Below are positions 1 through 10,321 of a stretch of 48,734 nt of DNA, in pieces. Below the pieces are notes generated by a model. The model ran no database searches. It worked only from the letters and a program-made list of their open reading frames with translations, and was not told where the DNA came from. The stretch's first letter is position 1; every line of letters begins with the position of its first letter. Location: NCBI GenBank assembly GCA_943704415.1, contig CALSCO010001459.1, positions 1 to 48,734 of the forward strand, in the 5' to 3' direction. The stretch is from Parvularia atlantis (lineage: Eukaryota). The position numbers and the translations under genes were made by a program.

Positions 1-337
1 GTGAAAGGCCACGAGCACCGTGATTTGACGGCCAACACTGCACATGTACATGTACACAGCGTGCGAGACGGCGTGGATATGCGCGCGTGCGTGTGTGCGT
101 GCCGTTCTGCCGAGCGTGAAGGGTCGGGCCGCCCACCTGCGGTGCGCGGACGATTGTGAACAAGGCGCACGTGGCATGCAGGCGGCAGTGGGTGGCACAC
201 CGCGGTGTACTCCGAGTTGGCCACTGGCGCGAACGGCGTGCAGCTGTAAGGTAAGGTCTTTGAAGAGTCACTGAAGACGCAGAAATGACACACATGGTCG
301 GCACAGTGGGACAGAGACACAGAGGGACAGGGACACG

Positions 338-2090
338 GGTACAGAACTCGATTGCGCAGCCGTCGTGTGGTCGGTTCAACATCTTCGCATCTATCTCCTT
401 GGTCGCCCGTTCTCACTCGTGACTGACTACAACGATCTTATCGCCACTATCAAGAACACGTGCGACGACAGCAACGCAAGACTCGCCCGCTGGTCTCTCC
501 TGCTGCAAGAGTTCGACTTCACCATCACCTACCGCCCCGGTTGGCAGCACAGCAGCGTCGATATGCTGTCTCGACTGCCCGTCGACCCAGCCCCGGCCAC
601 GGTCGCAGCCGCCTTCACGCGAACCATTGCCCCACCATAACCTTACACGGCGTCGCAAGACAACTACTCGACCGTTTGGCTCTCGGTCCAGCGTGAAGAT
701 CCGTGTTGCAACAAGCTGCTCGCCTTCCTGGAAGATGGATGGACGACGGGCAACAAGACCGATGCGCGGGCACTCTTCACAGCGGCCAACTTCGAAGTCA
801 AGCAGGGCCTCCTCTACTTCAAACAAACCGCAGATACGGCCCTAGTGGCCGTCCCAGCATCGATGCAGACGTCGCTCCTGCGCCAACTTCACGACGATCT
901 CGGGCATCTGGGCGCAGCGCAACCGACTTCCACTACTGGCCCGCCATGCGCACCGAGATTGAGCAATTGAATACTGCCGCAGCTGCACCACGTGCGAGGC
1001 CCGCAACACGCCGCGACAACGCCACCTACAGCCATTCAAGCTGCTCGAGATGGACAGCTCTCGACCAACGGCAACCTCTACGTTCTGGCGATCACGGACC
1101 ACTTCTCCAAATTCGTCATGCTGCATGCGATGGCCACGATGGACGCCGCCACGGTGGCGGACGGCCTCAAGAAAACCGTCCTCACCTTCGGCGCACCGAA
1201 GCGCATTCTCAGCGACCAAGGCCGCCCGCCAGTTCACCGCTCAACTGACCACGAGGCTCTGCAGCATGCTCGGCATCGAGATGATCAACTCGACACCTTA
1301 TCACCCGGCTACAAACGGCCTCGTGGAACGGTTCAAACTCCACCCTCATCCACATGCTGACGCACTTCGTAAAGGACGATACGGCCACTTGGGACCGCCA
1401 CCTGGACGCGGTCGCCTCGGCGTACAATTCAAGTCTTCACCCGTCGACGGGATTCTCACCAAACCGAATCGTCTTTGCCCGTGACATCACTCTTCCGTCT
1501 GACCTCGCCCTTCCTGCGCACACGCCGTCGCTGCCAGTCTCACCCCGTACGTACCTTGACACAACACAGGCGGGCCTCCGTCGTGCTATAGACCTGGCCC
1601 ACACACATCTCGCGGCCGCACACAACAAACAGGGCACGTCGTACGACAACACACATCGCGATGTCACGTTCAACATCGTGTCACTCCATAACCCGGCGGT
1701 TCCCCTCGGTACCTCGGCCAAGCTGCACAAGCCCGGCCCATGGCGGGTCACGGCACGCAACGGGCTCAAGTATACCCTGGCCTCGTCCGACGGCACCCAA
1801 GTACACACGGTTCACGTCCAACGACTGAAGCCGTTCATCTCCCGTCCGTCGAACGGTCCACCCTCTCCGGACCCGATCACCACTGGCACAACACCCCTGC
1901 GGACGCTTCCTGATCAACCGCCTCATCGACCGACGCCCGAACCCCCACCGGTGCGGGACGCAATACCGCGTACTGTGGCGCGGCTACGCCGAGTCCGACG
2001 CGACCTGGGAACCTGCACGCAATTTACCTTGATCCTTGACGATCGCGAGCACCCGTACTAAGCAGTTCACAGGAGTGACCTCGTCCCCCC
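338..2090 (+). pseudogene. Retrotransposon pol fragment: C-terminal RNase H plus integrase (HHCC finger, core, C-terminal region)
   Basis: TELDCAAVVWSVQHLRIYLLGRPFSLVTD...ARLARWSLLLQEFDFTITYRPG; H..LGHLG...YWPAMR...C..C; GNLYVLAITDHFSKF; ILSDQG; STPYHPATNGLVERF; AYNSSLHPSTGFSP; VHVQRLKPF. Frameshifted. Confidence 0.92.
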
Positions 2091-2219
2091 GGATGTCGTA
2101 GAGAATCATGCGCTCGTGGCCGTCAATGTGTTGCGTAAAAACGGCGCCCAGGCCCGAATACGAGGCATCCGTGAACAGCGTGAAGGGTAGGTCCCAACCA
2201 GTCAGGGTATGCGAGGATC
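2090..2219 (-). pseudogene. Retrotransposon RT-connection / N-terminal RNase H fragment
   Basis: Minus strand reads PILAYPD/WDLPFTLFTDASYSGLGAVFTQHIDGHERMI with one frameshift. Confidence 0.88.
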
Positions 2220-2441
2220 GGCCACGTCATCTTCTCTACGGGCGTCGCCGCCGATCCGGCCAAAATACGCGCAATTCTCAACATGCCAGCACCGACAGAC
2301 GTCTCTTCGCTGCAGTCTTTCCTCGGTGGCGCATCCTACTTCCGCCGTTTTATCAACGGTTTATCGGCACGGGCGGCTCCGCTCACCAACTTGACACGCG
2401 CGGAGACGCCCTGGTCATGGTCACCAGTGACGAGCGCGGCC
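2220..2441 (+). pseudogene. Inverted RT thumb segment of the retrotransposon
   Basis: Plus strand reads GHVIFSTGVAADPAKIRAILNMPAPTDVSSLQSFLGGASYFRRFINGLSARAAPLTNLT, between minus-strand RT and RNase H sequence. Confidence 0.88.
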
Positions 2442-4100
2442 AAGAAAGGCAGCGATGGCAAGGCATTCCCGGTAAAGTTGGCCGAGGACGAGGTCAAGGT
2501 CGGTGATGTGCTGGATGATGGAGCGCGACGCGAAAATGATGTCGTCTAGGTAGACCCAGCAGTTGACGCGGAGGAGGCCGGCGAGGACGAGCGAGATCCG
2601 CGGCCCTCTGAAAAGTTGCGGGTGCGTTCTTGAGGCCGAAGGGCATGCGTGTGAACTCGTACAGGCCTCTCGGGCCGTGGAACACGGTCTTCGGTGCGTC
2701 ATGCGGGTCAATGGGGATCTGGTTGTAGCCCGACTGCAATCAATGGAAAGACGCTCTTGCCGCCCAGGCGGTCGAGGATGTTGTCGATGCGCGGGATAGC
2801 ATAGGTGTCGCCGACCGTAACGCTGTTCAGCTTCCTGTAGTCGACGCGGAACCGCCACGTGCCGTTGGGCTTCCGGCCCATCACGACGGGTGACGCCCAG
2901 GGGCTGGTTGAGGGCCGGATCATGCCGGCGGCGAGCAGCTTGTCCACCTCGTGCTGTTGTGCCGCCTGCATGGTTGGGTTGAGGCGTCGCGGAGGCTGCC
3001 GGACAGGTGGTTGGTCGGCCGCGCTCGGGATCTGGTGGCCCTTGATGGATGACGCCGCCACCTGGGTCATGTCGGACCCAAAACACGGAGTGGTGGCGGT
3101 TGAGACACGTGCGGAGCAGGAGTGCATGGGGGTGATCGTCCGGAACGGCGCGTTGTAGCGCCAATTTCCATGCCTCGCCCGACCAGCCAGCTACCGCTAG
3201 CTACGTCTGGAGCCCCTCGCAGACGCTCACGCGACTACTGCCAGTGTTAGCGCGGTGGAACCATCACACGAACAGCCATCCGGCTGGGATCGTAGTCTCT
3301 GCGCCAGATGATATGGCGTGACCGCAGTAGCAGCCGCGCTGGCAGATCGATGCTGGCGTGAAGGGCCGTCAGCAGGTCGCAACCGATGATGACTTGGTGG
3401 CTGAGGTTGGGAGCGACGCCAAAACGCCACGTTGTGTCGACGTCGCCTGAGAACTTGACGGCAAGGTCGACTGCGTAACGGACGGGGAGAGAGACGATGA
3501 CTAGCGCCACTGTCCATGCCGGTTGATCTTGTAGGGCGGTCGGTAGGTGTAGACGCTCGTAGAAAGCGCTCGAGATGAGCGAGTGAGACTCGATCAGAGC
3601 CGGGACGGTCTGGCCGGCGATGAGAACTTGTGCTGTCAGCGCGCGCGTGGCGGGTGTTGACGCGCTGTGGACGCCGGTGATGTCGGAAGGTTCGGGCTGG
3701 GGAGGATGGGCGGCAGCGTGCCGCCCCTCAAAAATCCTCCTCCGAGTCGGTTGGCGCCGCCTGGTCTTCGTCGATGGCGGCGATGCGTCCCTTAGCCCGT
3801 GGCGTCGGCTTGGCGGTGCGGTAGTCGAGTTGCGTAGAGTCAGCGTTGGTGCGGCTCGCTTGAGCCTCGCGTCGGGGTCTGTTGTTGCGAGGCGCGCTCG
3901 GGCAGTTTCGAGCGAGGTGGCCGATGCCGCCGCAATTGAAGCACGTGCGGTCATCCTCGCGCCGCTCGCGGGGCTGGTTGCGGTAACTGGACGTGTCCGC
4001 CAGGCGTGAGGTGAGACCGCGGCGGGGCGGGTTGCGCGCGGTTGGGGCGGTCGCGTTGATCGCCGCGGCCGTTGGGGTCGCCGGCGACCGACGCTGCGGG
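2442..4100 (-). pseudogene. Retrotransposon gag C-terminus, protease and reverse transcriptase
   Basis: CCHC knuckle near 3900-3945; VLIAGQTVPALIES (eroded protease site); IRPSTSPWASPVVM..KPNGTWRFRVDYRKLN; YLDD near 2540-2552. Confidence 0.92.
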
Positions 4101-4252
4101 CGGCATGCTTTGTACAGTCCGTACACTGATCCGCAAAATCCTCGAGTGAAGTACTGTACAGTACACCACCGAGTGAGCACCGGTTCTGAGGCGTTGAACG
4201 CGGCTTGATCTGAAAGTGTGACCAGTGTGATATAGCCGATCACACAAAAGGA

Positions 4253-6004
4253 ATGGCGGCGACGGCGCGCCGACGCCTGTCGTCTGTGCCGGCGCTGCCG
4301 CCGAGCGCGACGGTGCAGACGCGGCCCGCGCGCGCGCTCGCGAGCCCGATCAGCCTGAGTGAGTTTGCTGCGGCGGTCGAGCGGTGCGGGCTGCAGCCGC
4401 GCTCGCGCGTGGTGCTGCAAGCGGACGTGTCGCCGGCCGGGCTCGCGATGCTGGCGCTGGGCTCGCGTTACTTTGCGCGCGACCACGCCAAGGGCCTGCT
4501 GTTCTTCCTCGTGCGGGCCGACTCCGACATGCCGCGCGAGCGCGTGCGCTGGCTGATGCGTGAGGCCGTGCGCACGATGCCCAAGTTTGGTGCGTGCACG
4601 TGCGCGCACAGCGGTTGCGCATCCGGCTCACGCGGGCCGTCGCAGGCATCGCGTGCTCGACACAGCTCTACTTCCCGAGCGGCATCGAGCGCCTCGACAT
4701 CGACGCGCGCCGCGTCGCGTCGCAGCTGCTTGCGCATCGCCACGGCGCCGACCACGTCGTCGTGCTCCGCCCCGCCGAGGACACAGCCATCGCCGCCGTG
4801 CGCGCCATGAACCTGAGCGACGTCGACCTGGCGCGTATCCAGCGGCTCAACATCGCCCCGCCATTCAAGACGCATCTCACGCCCAAGACGTTTGTCTACG
4901 TGAGCGACTTCCGCCTGGTGCGCTGGAACGTGCACGGCGGCGGGCACGCTGACACGTACGCACGTGCCAGGACCGCATCGTCGCCACGGCCGCGACCGCG
5001 CACGCACCCAGTCTGCCGCGGGCCGTGTTTGACGTGCGCATCTTTAGCGACCGGACGTCGCGCGCGCTCGAGGTGCTGCGCGCCCAGCCGCCGGACCTGT
5101 TTGCGCAGGTCGAGCGGCTGCGCGAGCACTTGCACACGCACATCCAGACGCTGCACAGGCTCGGTGCGCGCCTTGTGGTTCTGGCGGAGCGCTGCTGACG
5201 GCCAGGGCGCGTGCGCAGTGCTCGACGCGCTCGAGCACCACGCGCAGTTTGTTCCCGAGCACGGCTATGCCATCGTGACGGCGCAGGGCGCGTGGCTCGA
5301 GCACCCGATCTTGCTCAGCCACATCATGCTTGAGCTCGCCGACTGGGTCATGGGGCGCGGGCACTCGATCACGCACGACAAGTACCGGCGCCTGGTCGAC
5401 GGTGTGGCGCGGCTTGCGCGTGTGTGCCGCGCGGGCTGACGTACAGCCTTGCACAGGCGTCGAGAGGAGACCGCAGTTTGTGCTCAACAACGCTGTCTTC
5501 TTTCGCATGGGCCTGCGAGGGAGCGAGATGGTCGGCCGGCCGGGGCCCGTGCACGGCTCGCGCTGGCTCGTGCGGCCGTCCGTTAACGCGGGCCACAAGC
5601 CGGTGCAGCTCGTGGGCGGGGATGAGGCGACTCGGTGGCTGTTCTTCACGGTACGGGCGTCTGTGGCGAGCGTGCGGCTGGGCACGACCGACCACACCGA
5701 GTATCCGCTCTTTGTCGGCCAGCTGATGCAGCTGCCGCGCGTGCCCGCGACCGTCACGCTGGCCCTGCGCTCGCTACCCGCGCCCGTTCAGCGCATCGTG
5801 CCGGCCATCTTCTACGTCGACGCGAGCGGGCGGCCGGTGCTCGTGGCCGCGCCGACGCTCGGCACCAAGGTCGAGCCCGAGTTGCGCACGCCCGACCTAG
5901 TGCCGGGGCTGGACGTGCGCTCGCGGCTGCCGCCGGTGCCGTACGCGCTCAACAGGGACTGGCGTGAAGCGGGGCTGTGTGCACTTCTTCCACCGTCTTC
6001 GTAG
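4253..6004 (+). CDS. TilS/PP-loop-like protein, probably mitochondrial, with degenerate catalytic motifs (multi-exon)
   Basis: Spliced frame with GTGCG...CAG introns. Arg/Ser-rich N-terminus, PISLSEF, FVPEHGYAIV and a C-terminal LPAPVQRIVPAI...LVAAPTLG recall eukaryotic TilS homologues, but no SGGxDS is present. Confidence 0.5.
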
Positions 6005-6020
6005 ATTGCACAGAGGGGCA

Positions 6021-6021
<1 letters not shown>

Positions 6022-6090
<69 letters not shown>
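6022..6090. repeat. (CA)n microsatellite, about 34 units
   Basis: Perfect AC run between two convergent stop codons (6004 and 6120). Confidence 0.99.
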
Positions 6091-6091
<1 letters not shown>

Positions 6092-6119
6092 CTTCTTGCT
6101 TGGGAGGGTAGCGAGGGGT

Positions 6120-6671
6120 TCACTTGCCACCGTTTCGCTTGACCGGCCGAGCCGGCTGGGCCGTGATGAGCAGCGCGGGGCCGTCCGGCAGCGCGTCCGT
6201 GCCGACGGCGTCAAATTGCTTGAGCAGGTGGATCACGGCCTGCACGTCCGACACGCGCCAGTTGTTCTCTTGCGCCGCCTCGACGAGCGCCGAAAGCACA
6301 CCGGTCGACGGGCCGGCGACACGTGCAGCAGCCGGAGGACGACCACGCGGGCGCTTGACGGGCGGCGCGGCAGCACGGGCTATCGAACGGCGCTTGGCCG
6401 CCGGCGCGGGCTCGATCTCGTCCGTGGTGCCGTTGTTGCCGTCGTCGTCGTCGTCGCCGTCGTTGTTGTGGTCGCCATCGGCCTTGTCGCCACCGTCACC
6501 GTCACGCTTGTCCTCAGCGTCCTCGCCGTCGTCTGTGTCCTCATCCACAGCGGCAGCAGCAGCCGTCGCCGCCGCCGCCGCCGCCGCCGCATCGCGGTGG
6601 GCGCGTGCGCGGTGGATCGCCAGGCCCTGCGCGCCCTTGAACTCCTTGCCGCAGTCGCCGCAAGCCACCAT
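6120..6671 (-). CDS. C2H2 zinc-finger plus AT-hook protein, 183 aa, apparently intronless
   Basis: [22 protein letters not shown] (C2H2), poly-Ala, acidic tract and KRPRGRPP (AT-hook) in one open frame. Confidence 0.85.
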   Translation of the reverse strand: MVACGDCGKEFKGAQGLAIHRARAHRDAAAAAAAATAAAAAVDEDTDDGEDAEDKRDGDGGDKADGDHNNDGDDDDDGNNGTTDEIEPAPAAKRRSIARAAAPPVKRPRGRPPAAARVAGPSTGVLSALVEAAQENNWRVSDVQAVIHLLKQFDAVGTDALPDGPALLITAQPARPVKRNGGK

Positions 6672-6944
6672 GGCCGTTTGTCACCAAAGTGGATACCATT
6701 GCTGTGAGCTCATTGGCGATACGTGCGAGTGCAGCATGGGCAGGAAGGTGGGTGGCAGCGTGCATTTCACAGTGTGGCTGCCGCCTCGCGTCCCATCCTC
6801 CTCCTCGTCGCGCTGTCCTTTCTTCTGCGCGCCATCGCGCCTGCCGCGCCGCCCCGCCGGCCTCACCGCATCGCGTACGTGCGCGCCGATCCGCTGACGC
6901 TGACGCACGCGACAGGCGCTTCGTCGGACGCGGTCGCTGCAACC

Positions 6945-7637
6945 ATGGAGGAGTTCTACCTGCGCTACTAGTGCGCGCCGTGCGCGGGGTGCGCGGGGCG
7001 GCTGACGCGGTGGCGCGTAGCGTCGGCCACAAGGGGCGCTTCGGCCACGAGTTCCTCGAGTTCGAGTTCCGCCCGGACGGCCGCATGCGCTACGCCAACA
7101 ACTCGCACTACCGCAAGGACACGATGATCCGCAAGGAGGGTGCGACAAAGCGCAGCTCATCCGCCCTCGGTCGTTACCGACGCACGTGCGCGCACACGTC
7201 ATCGCAGCCACCGTCAGCCCCGCCGTGCTGCGCGAGCTCAAACGCATCATCGAGGAGAGCCAGATCATGACCTGCGACGACAAGCTGTGGCCCATGCCCG
7301 ACCGCGTCGGCCGCCAGGAGCTCGAGATCGTCCTGGGTAACGAGCACCTGTCGTTTGCCGTGCGTGGCGCGCCCGCGCGTGCGCGCTCGGCCCGACCGCG
7401 CTGACGCCGCATCGCGCGCGTACAGACGTCCAAGATCGGCGCGCTGAACGAGGTCGAGAGCAGCCAGGACCCGGACGGCCTGCGCACGTTCTACTTCCTC
7501 GTGCAGGACCTCAAGTGCCTCGTGCTCTCGGCCATGTCCGTGCACTTCCGCGTGCGTCTTAGCCGCAGTCGATCACGCGCTGTCGCCGCTGACAACGCCG
7601 GTATGCCCGCGCGCAGATCGACCCCATCCAGGTGTAG
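6945..7637 (+). CDS. MAGOH: Mago nashi, exon-junction complex core subunit (5 exons)
   Basis: [29 protein letters not shown]...[10 protein letters not shown]...TSKIG...[12 protein letters not shown]...IDPI; four GT-AG introns, the first at 6971-7020. Confidence 0.98.
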
Positions 7638-7720
7638 ACACGCGCGCGTGCTCAGCCGCCCTGTGTGTGCGTCGCAAGCAAAAGAGATTGGTCGGTGTCT
7701 GCACATCTAGTCGTGACAAG

Positions 7721-9497
7721 CTAGTCGCGCTTGTTGTCGACCAGCAGGCTCTTCAGCTGCGCCAGCTGCTGCGCCAGCTCGTCTGCCAGCAGCGGCCCGT
7801 GTCGACTCGCGCGTAGCGCCTTTGCCTCGCCGTCGGCGTCGTCCGCTTCGTGAGCCGCACCGTCCAGCTTGGCGAGCTCGGACCGCGCGCTCTTGACCTG
7901 CCGCGATGCATCAACACAGACCGCGCGCACTGGCGGGCGCACCTTGGCCTGCAGCGACGTCAGCAGCGCGCGGAAGCGCGACTTGGCGTCCCACAGGCCC
8001 GGCGCAAACTCGGGCGACGCGGCCCGCCACGCCACGAGCGCCGTCAGCAGCGCCGTGAACTGCTTGGCGGCGGCGAGGCTCGCAATGCCTGCAGCGAGCT
8101 GCTCGGTGCTCGCGACTGCACAGATGCTATCAGCAGACGCTGCGCGAGCACGCGCCACGTACGCGCGGTCTCGAGCAGCGCGCTGTCGTGCAGGGTGCTG
8201 CAGAGCAGCAGCGCCCAGACCGTGCGGCTGACGGGCGAGGCGGCCGACGCGGCGAGCCGCCGCCCGAGCTGCGTCTTGGCGACAAACTGCGCGAGCGATG
8301 CGCTGTAGCGGCACGTCACGAGCAGCAGCGTGTCGGACGCCTAGGTATGCACGACTGCGGTCAGCGATGCGAGCTGAGCAGCAACGACACGCACCTGCGG
8401 CTGCGATGGCGCGAGCGACACCAAGGTGCGCACCACGCCCGACGACAGCAGCTGCTCCGGCACGTCCGGGCTGCGGCGCAGCGCGAGAACGAGCGCGTGC
8501 ACCACGCCGCAGGCCGCGGCAGCCTCGGCCGGCTCGCGCGCGACCAGCCCGCGCTCGACCACGGCGAAGACAGCCGCGAGCACGTCGGGCGCGGCGAGTG
8601 CGAGGCTGCCCTCGGCGGGCGCACAGGCCGGCACGGCGACGAGCAGCGACAGGGCGAGCCGCTGCGCGAGGGCGTCGTCCGCAGCTAGGCGGTGCAGCGG
8701 GCGCAGCACCTCGGTCAGCAGCAGCGGCAGCAGCGCGGCGTCGGTCCCGAGCACGTTACGCAGGAGCCACACGAAGCTGCGGGCGTCAGCGATCAGCCGC
8801 TTCTCGTTGGCGCACCGACGGCGCACCGCTCGGCCAGTGCCGGCCGCCGCCGCTCGCGCGCAAAGACGAGCCAGGCGGTTGTGGCCGGCGCGAGCTGCTC
8901 CGCGAGGGCCGCCTCCTGCAGCACGCGCGCCGCGCACGCGCTCGCCGATGCCTCGGCGTCGAGCAGCAGCCACGCAATCTGCTCGAGGCGCTCGACCGGC
9001 GCGGCGTCGCGCGGTGCAGACGGCGGCGGCAACGGCAGTGGCAGCGGCGCGGCGTCGATTGGCTCGAAGACAAAGTCGTCGTCGTCGGGCTGTTCGGCGG
9101 CGTGCGACGTCGCGCTGATTGTGGCGCCATCGTCGTCGTCCGCGTCGTCCGTGTCGGGCACGGGCGGCAGCGGCGCGTCGTCTTCGATGTCCACGGCGCA
9201 CAGGGCGCGGCCGATCGCGTCGTTGCCGCTCGCCAGCAGCCCCGGCAGCCCCGCGAGCACGAGCCACCACACGAGCCGCTGCGCCTCGGCGTGGATCTCG
9301 GGCCCCTCAGCGGCCGCCGCGAGCATCTGCTGCAGCCCGAGCACGACGCGCCGCGTGATCGGCGCGGTGCTGCTGCCGTGCGCTTCGCCGCGCCACGCCG
9401 CCGCCCACGCGCCGCGCACCGCCGCGAGCCCCGCCGCGCCAGCCGCGCCGAGCCGCGGCTGATCGAAGCCGAGCAGCGCGACGACCTCCGCCGGCAT
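7721..9497 (-). CDS. Uncharacterised Ala/Leu-rich helical (ARM/HEAT-like) protein, multi-exon
   Basis: Consistent spliced frame from MPAEVVALLGFDQP to LKSLLVDNKRD*. Amphipathic Leu-rich helices and an acidic patch; no family recognised. Confidence 0.65.
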
Positions 9498-9850
9498 TGG
9501 TTCTCTCCTATCTGGCCTCACGCAACACACAGCATGGTTGCAGACAACTTGGCCATGTTGGGAGATGCTGCCCAGCGAATGAGACGAAATGCGGTGTGGC
9601 GGCGGTCCACTCGGCCATGCTGGGAAGCGCCGCTCAACGGATGAGGAAAATACGGCTGGTGGCGCGGCATTGGGCGCCCCGCCGCGTCGCGCGCCGCCGT
9701 CGGGGTTGGCTGCGGGGGAGGACGCGCGCTGCGTGTCGCGGACGTGCTGCTGTGGACCGCAGTGCCGCGTTGGTGCTGCAGCCGGGAGGGCGCGTGGCGT
9801 GCGCGGCGCTGTGCAGAAGGCTGACGTACACAAAGCAAGCGGCGCCAGGG

Positions 9851-10287
9851 ATGGACGGTGCCACGCTCATCCCGTACGAGCGCCTGACGCTGCAGAAGCT
9901 GCTGGGCAAGGCGCGTCGTCGTCGGCCGTGGACGCAGTGCCGATGCTGAAAGGCCGTGGCGCCGCAGGGCCAGTTCGGGTCGGTCTACCGCGGCGCGCTC
10001 GACAGCGCCGACGTCGCCGTGAAGAAGATCCCGCAGGACGTGGCCGGGGCGGGCGGCGACGGCGCGTCGTGGGACCCGGCCGTGTACTACAAGCGCGAGG
10101 TCGAGATCCTCTCGTCCGTGCACCACCCGAACGTGCTCCGGTTCAAGGTGCGCCGTGTCGTCGTCGTGCTCGATGTGAACAGCGCAGCAATCGAAGGGCA
10201 TCTGCTTCCACGCCAACAACCTCTACATCGTCACCGAGTACGTCGGCGGTGGCGACCTGCGGCGCTACCTCGAGGCCGTGCGTGTGA

Positions 10288-10321
<34 letters not shown>

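Larger units (their letters stand above)
338..4100. mobile_element. Degenerate, internally rearranged Ty3/Gypsy LTR-retrotransposon remnant
   Basis: Gag zinc knuckle CFNCGGIGHLARNC, eroded protease, RT ([20 protein letters not shown]), RNase H and integrase fragments are all present with many frameshifts. The RT-RNH-INT order after reorienting segments is Ty3/Gypsy. Outer boundaries are approximate. Confidence 0.93.

Noticed and set aside
1..337. Possible LTR or primer-binding site, with short GACA(G/C) hexamer repeats at ~300-345
   Set aside because: No second copy, TG...CA boundaries or convincing tRNA complement could be identified in the window.
1970..2100. Possible chromodomain remnant after the integrase
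   Set aside because: Only vague spacing similarity; no aromatic cage residues, and a stop codon interrupts it.
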